The translations under genes and the position numbers were made by a program. A DNA stretch of 30,629 bases, from IMG/VR virus record IMGVR_UViG_3300032257_000081, positions 1 to 30,629 of that record; one strand, given 5' to 3'. The notes under the pieces are model-generated. The model was not told the DNA's origin. It searched no databases and saw nothing but the letters and a program-made list of their open reading frames with translations. The stretch is from a virus (Duplodnaviria; Caudoviricetes). Of this stretch, positions 19,883-26,867 are shown piece after piece (position 1 is the first letter of the stretch; each line of letters opens with the position of its first letter).

Positions 19883-19918
19883 GCGGGTGGACGTTGCTCA
19901 TGCATTGCAGGGAAATCG

Positions 19919-19959
19919 AAAACGCAAACGCCCGCCGGACCAGTGAGGTCGGGCGGGCG
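19919..19959 (-). terminator. Intrinsic terminator ahead of the late operon (tR'-like)
   Basis: Minus strand CGCCCGCC-C-GACC-TCACT-GGTC-C-GGCGGGCG then TTTGCGTTTT. Confidence 0.65.
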
Positions 19960-19974
19960 CAGTTCGGTTCACCT

Positions 19975-20006
19975 GTCTTATGTCAATAGATTGATAATCT
20001 CGTCAA
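19975..20006 (-). promoter_or_regulatory. Candidate late promoter (pR'-like)
   Basis: AT-rich island with TTGACG (20006-20001) and TTGACA (19986-19981) on the minus strand. The -10 element is uncertain (CATAAG at 18 bp from TTGACG). Confidence 0.5.
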
Positions 20007-20656
20007 GAGTTTTTTTGCCAGGGCGTGTGCGGCGGCATAGCTTCCGTCACCTCGAATGCCGACAGGTCGCGGCTCATGCGCATGGATATCTGCAGTTCCA
20101 GCAAGGCCATCCACCATGCCAGATAGAAACGCCGTGCTGAAAGGATGTCCTCTTGAGGACTCTGGTAGGTGACGGGACAAACACGGATCTCCGTCTCACG
20201 CACCTGGCCTCTGCTGACCCATTGTGCTTTCCCGACGACCTCTGTCTTTGCAAAACGTCCATACTTGCTGTCTCGCCATTGTGCCGGAACAACGCGCGGC
20301 GCGGCACCCTCCATCCAATCAGGTACGCGTCCAGTGCGCGCCAGGTCGGCGATGGTCAGCGCCATGCGCCGCCCGCCATGTGCTTCCGGCAAGCAGCTAA
20401 GGGCCGAGGCCACGATATCAGCGTCAGGATGCGAGGGCGACCGCCCGCCACCATCGACCCGGCAGCCAAGCAGACCGTGCTGCATCATCAGAAAGCTGCC
20501 GCCAATCACGGACTGGTGGGTCAGCGTGGCGATCTCGTCGAAGTCGATCCCGGCCAGTTCGCGTTGGAAGGCCCATTGCAGAAGATCCCAGATCGACACC
20601 CGCGTCTTGGTCTTGCCACGCCCCGGTCGCACCGCACCTACACGGCCCTGCATCAT
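20003..20656 (-). CDS. Phage protein, putative late-gene regulator (Q position)
   Basis: Start MMQGRVG at an ATGA overlap. Last early gene before the promoter-terminator pair. Function inferred only from position. Confidence 0.6.
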   Translation of the reverse strand: MMQGRVGAVRPGRGKTKTRVSIWDLLQWAFQRELAGIDFDEIATLTHQSVIGGSFLMMQHGLLGCRVDGGGRSPSHPDADIVASALSCLPEAHGGRRMALTIADLARTGRVPDWMEGAAPRVVPAQWRDSKYGRFAKTEVVGKAQWVSRGQVRETEIRVCPVTYQSPQEDILSARRFYLAWWMALLELQISMRMSRDLSAFEVTEAMPPHTPWQKNS

Positions 20657-21237
20657 GCCCGAACCTCTTGTTTCGCCAGATCCGCAATGCGCTGGCATTT
20701 CTCGATCACTGCTTTGCGCCGGCCACGCCATTCCGCCTCGGACGGATTCAGAGTTTCGCCGCGCGCCAAGGCTTCATCCAGCCGGACCATCTGGCGTGCG
20801 GCATCATCGGCGCGGGCCTTGATCTCGTGGACCACGAACGATCCGGGCCAGCGGCGGGTCTTGCGCAGCTCAGCCAACAGTTCCGGTGCCCACCCACCCG
20901 AAATGGCATCCCGGCCAAGCGCTTCGGCAAAGACCTTGCGAATGAGGGGCGAGGCATCGTCGCCCGGCGGCTGGATCTGCCCGGCCATGGCCAGGATGGT
21001 GTTAGCGATAGGGAAGCGGTCGCGGTCCCTGCCGCCGGGACTGGCAGCGGCGGTTTCTTCCAGCGCCTGCAAACTGAGATCGGTCATGTAAGCCAGCTTG
21101 GCGCAAAGGCTGTGCTTCATGTCCTCATACGCCTGCCTGGTCAGCCCTGCCGGTTTGGCAAGGCCCCGGTTTTCCAGTGGGGTGATCAGCAGGGTCTTGA
21201 CCCGTACCTCACCTGCTGCCTGTGCTGCGCTGTCCAT
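20653..21237 (-). CDS. Hypothetical protein of the replication region
   Basis: Start MDSAAQ chosen for its CAGGAG RBS. Coupled to the next gene by ATGA. Confidence 0.7.
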   Translation of the reverse strand: MDSAAQAAGEVRVKTLLITPLENRGLAKPAGLTRQAYEDMKHSLCAKLAYMTDLSLQALEETAAASPGGRDRDRFPIANTILAMAGQIQPPGDDASPLIRKVFAEALGRDAISGGWAPELLAELRKTRRWPGSFVVHEIKARADDAARQMVRLDEALARGETLNPSEAEWRGRRKAVIEKCQRIADLAKQEVRA

Positions 21238-21363
21238 GGTTTCTGCTCCTGCAATTCTCAGCATTCTTCGGTTTGGCACATGGCGGTCGGGAAAGTGTCG
21301 CGGGTCCGCCATTCTGTCTTTTCTATGTCTTTGTCTATGTCTCTGTGGTGGACGACACTTCAG

Positions 21364-21475
21364 GACAGTTCTGTCAACACTTTGTAATTCCTATCTAATC
21401 CTGAAACACTGTCCGCAGAGTGTCCGCCAAAACTGTCCGGAACTGTCCGCAGACTGTCTCGAACTGTCCGCCAGA
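21364..21475. repeat. Iteron-like array plus AT-rich stretch: candidate replication origin
   Basis: Six TGTC(C/T) cores at 21410, 21421, 21434, 21444, 21455 and 21465. AT-rich stretch 21376-21408. Inverted pair GACAG-TT-CTGTC at 21364-21375. Confidence 0.7.
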
Positions 21476-21488
21476 CACTCTGCCCCGG

Positions 21489-22130
21489 TCATAGCTTTCC
21501 CCTTCCATGGCCGCGGCTCAGATCAAGCATGTGGTTGGTCCAGGCCTGCAATCCGCGCTCCACCCACGTGGCCGAGCGGTATTCACATCCCTCGCCCGCC
21601 AGCCACTCGTCGATCCAGCGGATCGCGGCATCGTTCTTGCCCAGATCGGTGCTGTAGCCCGTGACCGTCGCTCTTAGACGCTGCAGTCGTTTCATTGTGT
21701 TGGCCACGTCTGTGCGGGCGCGGTTGTCTTCCTTACGCGATATCGCCTCGACCAGAGACTGCACAACGACCGGATGCATCAGCCGTCGTTCCCCGTCGCA
21801 ACTACAGGGCCGCCATTTGTGAAGAGGCCCGTATTCGAGGGCGGAAAGAGCGCGGAAATGATCGGAGTCAATCATCAGCAGCTTAGCCAGAATGGCCGGA
21901 TCACAAGGCAACGTGCCAACCGGCGACTGATCATAGGCGATATTGATCAGGTCGAAATAGAGCGCCCGGCATTCCGGCGTGCCCCTAAGACGCATGTCCG
22001 AGTTGAGCCAGCGCCTTCGTTCCCAGACCATGAAATAGTGCCTGTCCAGCCGGTCTTCAGGGCTGAACGGGTATTCCTCCAGCTGGTCGATGGGAATGGG
22101 CGCAAGATGCGGCACGATCGGCATGGTCAT
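21489..22130 (-). CDS. Putative replication initiator N-terminal module (DUF1376/YdaU-like)
   Basis: RWLNSD...RALYFDL...YDQSPVGTLPCDPAILAKLL...RLMHPVV resembles DUF1376-type proteins. Directly followed by the iteron array. Confidence 0.65.
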   Translation of the reverse strand: MTMPIVPHLAPIPIDQLEEYPFSPEDRLDRHYFMVWERRRWLNSDMRLRGTPECRALYFDLINIAYDQSPVGTLPCDPAILAKLLMIDSDHFRALSALEYGPLHKWRPCSCDGERRLMHPVVVQSLVEAISRKEDNRARTDVANTMKRLQRLRATVTGYSTDLGKNDAAIRWIDEWLAGEGCEYRSATWVERGLQAWTNHMLDLSRGHGRGKL

Positions 22131-22648
22131 GGCCGCGCCCCCGCAAGATCGGCCTCAGCGACGACGACATCCTGCCGCCGCGCTGCTTCCTGCATCGCCG
22201 CGGCAACGATCCTTTCCTTCATCGCCGTGCTGTCGCGGCGCAGCGCTTGCGATATATAGGCTGGCCCAAATCCCAGGGCCCGGCTGGCGCGGGCCTTCGA
22301 CGCAAACTTTAGTCCGCCAAATTCGAACGCATGCGATCGCGCCTCGTTATACTTGCGCGGCAGTCCCACATTGTCGGCATGCCCGTCACGATGCAGCGCC
22401 TGGCGAATGGCACTAACAGTGACCCCCAAAGCAGCGGCCGCAGCCTTCACATCCGGATAATCGACACCGCGAATGCGCGCCCGCATGACCTGCGGGCGGG
22501 TGTTTCCAAGCCCGACAGCGTCCAGCCGATCTTGCCTGATCGCCCTGATGATTGTCTGCGGCTGAACGGACAGGGCCAGTGCCGCCGTCCGCGCATCCGG
22601 GTAGAGAACCCCGCGGATCAGGATGTTGCGATATCGAGATCTACCCAT
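22127..22648 (-). CDS. DNA-binding protein with three NUMOD1-like repeats
   Basis: IRGVLYPDARTAALALSV / IRGVDYPDVKAAAAALGV / FGGLKFASKARASRALGF. Confidence 0.7.
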   Translation of the reverse strand: MGRSRYRNILIRGVLYPDARTAALALSVQPQTIIRAIRQDRLDAVGLGNTRPQVMRARIRGVDYPDVKAAAAALGVTVSAIRQALHRDGHADNVGLPRKYNEARSHAFEFGGLKFASKARASRALGFGPAYISQALRRDSTAMKERIVAAAMQEAARRQDVVVAEADLAGARP

Positions 22649-22835
22649 TTCTGGTCGCCTCCAGATGATCCAGCCAACCGCCCTTGTCGGTCCAGATGCG
22701 CAGGCGCGTCAGCTCGACGGCCTGGCTGTTTGCATTTTCGGGCAGACCCGCCGCACGCAGATCCTCACAGGCGGCACTGATGGCGGCCTCAGCCTTCGCC
22801 AAATGGGCGCGTACAGAATTGGTCGCCCGGGTCAT
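22641..22835 (-). CDS. Hypothetical protein
   Basis: 64 aa, overlapping both neighbours in the operon. Confidence 0.65.
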   Translation of the reverse strand: MTRATNSVRAHLAKAEAAISAACEDLRAAGLPENANSQAVELTRLRIWTDKGGWLDHLEATRNG

Positions 22836-23014
22836 GCGTTCGTCTCCATCGCCGCATGCACGTTCTTGATAGCGGTCTGAACCACGCCGGGGTTGCGCCC
22901 ATAGCGGCGCGCGATTTCGCGATAGCTGAGCCCCTCGTCATGCAAGGCCAGCCAATCCAGCAGCTCCTCGTCGCGAGCGCGGGGCACATCGATGATGACA
23001 GCCCGCCCACTCAT
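22832..23014 (-). CDS. Small HTH protein
   Basis: Start MSGRAV at an ATGA overlap. LHDEGLSYREIARRYGRNPGVVQTAI. Confidence 0.7.
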   Translation of the reverse strand: MSGRAVIIDVPRARDEELLDWLALHDEGLSYREIARRYGRNPGVVQTAIKNVHAAMETNA

Positions 23015-23448
23015 CGCACCGCCCTCAGCCGGTGGAACCGTTGCAGCACCTGGGCATCGGTCAGATCGTGGCACCTGGCGATCTCGGCGCGGCCGCGCCA
23101 GGTGTTGCCGCTTGACAGGATCTGCGCGTCAATGGTGTCGAGCTTGCCTTCGCTGGCGGTGGCGGGCGCGGGCGTTACGGCGGGCGCGGGCGTTACGGCG
23201 GGCGCGGGCGTTACGGCGGGCGCGGGCGAGGTTGGCGGCGCAGCCACTGCTGGAACCACCGCCAGGGCAACAGGCGGTGCGGCAGGCCGTCTGCCGACGC
23301 GGCGGTGTGGCAGGCCCAGGCGCTTGACCGCGAAATGAACGGTTTGCCGACAGACATTCATGTCATCTGCGATGTCTTGAATCGTGTTGTCCTTATCGGG
23401 CCAGAGCTGGCGCAGGCGGTCGTCATCAATCTTTCTTTGCCCAGCCAT
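23011..23448 (-). CDS. HTH protein (GcrA N-terminus-like) with Pro/Ala repeat linker
   Basis: Start MAGQRK at a TGATG overlap. LRQLW...IQDIADDMNVCRQTVHFAVKRLGL followed by (PAPAVT)n. Confidence 0.65.
   Translation of the reverse strand: MAGQRKIDDDRLRQLWPDKDNTIQDIADDMNVCRQTVHFAVKRLGLPHRRVGRRPAAPPVALAVVPAVAAPPTSPAPAVTPAPAVTPAPAVTPAPATASEGKLDTIDAQILSSGNTWRGRAEIARCHDLTDAQVLQRFHRLRAVR
23161..23228. repeat. 18-bp tandem repeat, about 3.8 perfect copies
   Basis: GGCGGGCGCGGGCGTTAC x3 plus 14 bp, encoding PAPAVT repeats. Confidence 0.95.
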
Positions 23449-23651
23449 CAGCCTGCCCTCCGCCATCTCAGCGCGCCGGCAAATTCCTCGACCTTGCCCT
23501 GAGCAATCAGAGCCTCGACCTCTGCCTGGAGACAGGCCAGCGGCGCTTCCAGTACATCGGCCATATCCTCGGCTGAAGTCGGACCCATGGCCGTCAGGAT
23601 GGACATGACCGCCTCGCGGATTTCGGCGGGCGACAGAGCGGCGGCGGTCAT
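23448..23651 (-). CDS. Small winged-helix-like protein
   Basis: ILTAMGPTSAEDMADVL...VEALIAQGKV. Coupled to genes on both sides. Confidence 0.65.
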   Translation of the reverse strand: MTAAALSPAEIREAVMSILTAMGPTSAEDMADVLEAPLACLQAEVEALIAQGKVEEFAGALRWRRAG

Positions 23652-24082
23652 GATGCTTCACTCAGCAGCCGATGCTCGGCATGTTTCATCGCCCTGATCG
23701 CCTCACGGATCTCGACAACTGCTCGCGCCCGGTCGCCACCCTCGAATGAGCTTTGCGCGATCAGGCAGGCGGATATCGCCTCACCGGTTTCCTTGGCGAC
23801 AATGCCGGTCAGCACCACCAGGTTGCCGGAAGGTCCGGTCTCGCCCACCCGGCCCCGCCGCGCCTGCGCGCCTGTCACCGGATAGCGGCCAAGCGCATCC
23901 TCGATCGCGACAATGTCCTTCTGCGTCCAGTCCAGCACGCCATGCAGCTTCTTGCTGATCGTGCTCTTGGTTACGCTGCTGCCCCATCGCGCGTTGATAC
24001 ATGCCGCGACCGCGTCCAGGCAGCCGAATGACTGGATCATGGCGCGCATATGGGCATGTGTGATATCGGGCAGGTCGGTCAT
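23648..24082 (-). CDS. CII-like phage regulatory protein
   Basis: 144 aa with an N-terminal HTH (KSTISKKL...DIVAIEDALGRYPVT) and C-terminal KETGEAI...VEIREAI. GAGG RBS. Located downstream of cro. Confidence 0.6.
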   Translation of the reverse strand: MTDLPDITHAHMRAMIQSFGCLDAVAACINARWGSSVTKSTISKKLHGVLDWTQKDIVAIEDALGRYPVTGAQARRGRVGETGPSGNLVVLTGIVAKETGEAISACLIAQSSFEGGDRARAVVEIREAIRAMKHAEHRLLSEAS

Positions 24083-24227
24083 GGGATACCTCGTTTCCTT
24101 GCGCGGATGCCTGGATCGGCGCTAGGCTGGCTTGCGGATCGGGATGATCGGGCCACCCCTGCCATGGGCGGCCCGATCGAACGGTCCTGAACGGGCAGCT
24201 TGGGGATAGCCGAAAGGACCGATTGGT

Positions 24228-24416
24228 GTGACGAAGGAAGACGATGTCGACCTGGCCGCAGCGCGCCGGGCGCTGGCCCAACGGCTTGCATTTGCGCGGG
24301 CCACGGACGTGATCGACGAAGACGAACTGGCCGCGCGGCTCAGGGATCTGGCGGCGATCGAACGGGCCGAGGCGGAGATGGATAGCGATGAGACCGGAAG
24401 GGATGCAGTGCAATGA
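24228..24416 (+). CDS. Small acidic helical protein, first gene of the inverted cassette
   Basis: 62 aa, GTG start with AAAGGA upstream, ATGA coupling to the next gene. Confidence 0.6.
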   Translation: MTKEDDVDLAAARRALAQRLAFARATDVIDEDELAARLRDLAAIERAEAEMDSDETGRDAVQ

Positions 24417-25390
24417 GTTTTGTAAACTGGCTGTTTGGACGAATCCCCACTGTGGAAACTCCGGCACCTGACCTTCCTGAAATTCTGCTCTATGCCGAGC
24501 TTCAGGCGTATCTTGACCAAGCCACAGACGACGAGTTTGACGACGGCGAATTTGACGATGACGACCTGGACGATCTGTTTGCGAATCTCGACGCGGCAGC
24601 CCTGCTTGAATTTGCGAAATCCGGACTCGAACCGTCGCGCCCCCCGGCCCCGAAAAAACCGGCCAAACGCGACCGACCTGACCGGATCGATCTTGAACCG
24701 GTCTACACTGTGATCGACTACCGCGACGCACGCGACGTCGAAACACGCCGCCGCATCACGATGCTCAGCCTCTACCCCGGCCCCAACGCTCCCTTGTTGA
24801 CAGCCACTTGCCATGAGCGCAAAGCATACCGATCGTTTCGTTGCGACCGGATTCAGTGGTTCCTGGACCCGGATGGCGAGGCGATCCGGCCCGGCGACTT
24901 CTTTCGCGACACCATGGGCATCGACCTGGCCGAGATACCACTCACGACCGCCGCCGCTGCCAGGAAACCTCGCGTGGCGACGTCGCCCGAGCTGGACACC
25001 GCGCGCAAGATCCGCGAAATGCTCCGCCCCACCCTGTCGATCCTGATATCTGCGGCGCGTGCCGACGACGACCTGCACGCCGAGGAGCTGGACGTCATTT
25101 TCTGCTACGCCGAGACGGCTGCCATTGAGATGGCCAATACGGGCCGCCTGCCCGGCTTTCCGACGATTGAGGTACTCGACCACCTGAACCGAACCATCGC
25201 CAAGATGCGACCGCAGGGCCACACCGTGGCCAGCCAATTGGGAAAGGTGCTGCGCCTGCCCAGTCCCGAATTCCAGATATTCGAAAAGACGCTGGACCGC
25301 GTTATTGCCGCCGATGGTCATGTCGCCCTTGGTGAGGAGCTGTTCCTGGCCGATCTGCGGCAGCTGCGCGAAAGGCTGTTGGCGCAATGA
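24413..25390 (+). CDS. WYL-domain + TerB-like-domain fusion protein
   Basis: WYL: IDYRDARDVETRRRI...LTATCHERKAYRSFRCDRI. TerB-like: LISAARADDDLHAEELDVI and VIAADGHVALGEELFL. Acidic N-terminal patch. Confidence 0.8.
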   Translation: MSFVNWLFGRIPTVETPAPDLPEILLYAELQAYLDQATDDEFDDGEFDDDDLDDLFANLDAAALLEFAKSGLEPSRPPAPKKPAKRDRPDRIDLEPVYTVIDYRDARDVETRRRITMLSLYPGPNAPLLTATCHERKAYRSFRCDRIQWFLDPDGEAIRPGDFFRDTMGIDLAEIPLTTAAAARKPRVATSPELDTARKIREMLRPTLSILISAARADDDLHAEELDVIFCYAETAAIEMANTGRLPGFPTIEVLDHLNRTIAKMRPQGHTVASQLGKVLRLPSPEFQIFEKTLDRVIAADGHVALGEELFLADLRQLRERLLAQ

Positions 25391-25392
25391 CA

Positions 25393-25608
25393 TCACGCGG
25401 CATCCTCCTCGACCGAAGACGCTGGCGGCGGGTTCTCAATCATGAAAACCCGCAGGCGTTCGATATCGGTATCAAGTTGATCCAACCGCCGCCGGATGCG
25501 GTCCATCAAGCGGCTGTTACCCGTTGCGCGCACGCATACCGTCGACGGGCTGAGGCCCATCTTCGAACAATATGCCTCCACTTCGGCGAGTATTTTTTCA
25601 TCAGTCAT
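25393..25608 (-). CDS. Cro-like protein
   Basis: 71 aa, ILAEVEAYCSKMGLSPSTVCVRATGNSRL. Divergent from the repressor across the operator sites. Confidence 0.75.
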   Translation of the reverse strand: MTDEKILAEVEAYCSKMGLSPSTVCVRATGNSRLMDRIRRRLDQLDTDIERLRVFMIENPPPASSVEEDAA

Positions 25609-25693
25609 GCGCCGCAAATTGGATGAACATCCATCAATCGTCAAGGATGATTATCCATTTTCATCCAATCCCGCAATAATGGATGATTGTCCT
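25609..25693. promoter_or_regulatory. OR-like region: three operators and the cro promoter
   Basis: GGATGAACATCC (25621-32), GGATGATTATCC (25645-56), GGATGATTGTCC (25681-92). Minus strand TTGACG-17 bp-CAATTT, ending 7 bp before the cro ATG. Confidence 0.8.
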
Positions 25694-26122
25694 ATGAAAC
25701 GCCCAACCTTCACCGAGGCCCTTCAAGCGGCCTCCAAGCGCAGCGGCAAAACCAAAGCCGCTATCGCGCGCGACTCTGGCGTGAACTATGACGCGCTGGT
25801 CAAACTACTAAGTGGCGAAAACAAATCGACTTCACCCGAGAACGTCGCAAAGCTGGCCAAAGTCCTCGGCAATGAAATAATGGACTCAGCCACTGGCTTC
25901 GCAGAACCGGTCGCACAACCACGATTAGACACTTCTGGCATTCCTGATCGCGATAGCGAGCCGTCGGTTGCCAACACCAGTAGCGACGTTTTGAACCAGA
26001 TCAAACTGGCATTGAACAACGGCCTGATTCAGGTTGCTGGCACCTACGACCGCACGGGCGTTGAGGCTCTGATCGAAGCTCTTGAGAACATGAAGCGCTT
26101 CCTGCCCGACAACGAGAAATAG
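25694..26122 (+). CDS. CI-like XRE-family repressor without S24 peptidase domain
   Basis: KTKAAIARDSGVNYDALVKLLSGENKSTSPENVAKLAKVLG HTH. 142 aa. Alternative start at 25679. Confidence 0.85.
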   Translation: MKRPTFTEALQAASKRSGKTKAAIARDSGVNYDALVKLLSGENKSTSPENVAKLAKVLGNEIMDSATGFAEPVAQPRLDTSGIPDRDSEPSVANTSSDVLNQIKLALNNGLIQVAGTYDRTGVEALIEALENMKRFLPDNEK

Positions 26123-26185
26123 CCAAAGGAGATAATTGTGCCGCCGAGCGATTCGACTGCGCCACGGTAGTCTTTGCTGCGATTT

Positions 26186-26238
26186 TGGATGATCGTCCAT
26201 TATTTGTATTGACATTGGATGATCATCCATTCCATGTT
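26186..26238 (+). promoter_or_regulatory. OL/PL-like region: two operators flanking a perfect -35
   Basis: GGATGATCGTCC (26187-98), TTGACA (26209-14), perfect palindrome GGATGATCATCC (26217-28). Confidence 0.8.
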
Positions 26239-26270
26239 CGCCCCCATCGCAACCCGATGGAGGCACCCGA

Positions 26271-26468
26271 ATGATCGTCAACTTTCCCCTTGCCGCCCGC
26301 CGCATCCGCGCTGACCAGGTTGCGCTGGCCCGCAAGGTGCTGGCCGATCCCGCCCGCTGCGCCGCCCGCCCCAGCCTATGCAAGGCCGCATGGCTGATCC
26401 TGATCAGCGCGCAGGGCCGCACCCCGTGTCAATCCCGCATGGGCTTCACCAATGGGCAGGCTGGGTGA
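26271..26468 (+). CDS. Hypothetical protein
   Basis: GGAGG RBS. First gene after the PL-like promoter. Confidence 0.7.
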   Translation: MIVNFPLAARRIRADQVALARKVLADPARCAARPSLCKAAWLILISAQGRTPCQSRMGFTNGQAG

Positions 26469-26857
26469 TGGCAGGCAACCTGAATTTAACGCTGACGCCC
26501 CGAAAGGTGGCGGATGGCTACATCACCGCCTCGATCAACGGGCTCGCAGTGATGTTCGATTGCGATGAGCGGGCAACACTGCTTGAACTGGTCCGCGCCA
26601 TTGAGCGTCGACAGGCCGCTCTCGAAGAGGTGGATCAGGTCGAGACCAGTCTGCGGAAACTTGAAGCCGCCAGAGAGATCCTTCGCGTGCCAACCGAGCA
26701 TCCAGACGAGGATCTGCGTGCCGCCGCTCATCTGATCAAGGCGTTTGATACGAACCCGACGCAGATCTCCAAGGCCGAAGATATCCTTTGCCTGATCGAC
26801 AGCCCATATTTCACGCCCGTCACCACCCCGGTGGCTGACCACGGCGATCGGGGGTGA
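26468..26857 (+). CDS. Hypothetical protein
   Basis: Start MAGNLN at a TGATG overlap. Helical/coiled-coil character. Confidence 0.7.
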   Translation: MAGNLNLTLTPRKVADGYITASINGLAVMFDCDERATLLELVRAIERRQAALEEVDQVETSLRKLEAAREILRVPTEHPDEDLRAAAHLIKAFDTNPTQISKAEDILCLIDSPYFTPVTTPVADHGDRG

Positions 26858-26867
26858 TCGATGCTTT

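Noticed and set aside
21409-21475. CRISPR array
   Set aside because: Units are 10-13 bp with no unique spacers and no cas genes. They fit iterons better.
24122-25396. 424-aa minus-strand ORF co-oriented with cro and starting at its stop (ATGA-like overlap)
   Set aside because: It mirrors the WYL-TerB gene, which has the real domain motifs, and its own translation has none. The coupling to cro is curious but most likely coincidental.
25496-25693. N-terminal extension of the repressor given by the ORF track (208 aa)
   Set aside because: It would overlap cro and the operators. The HTH begins right after the ATG at 25694.
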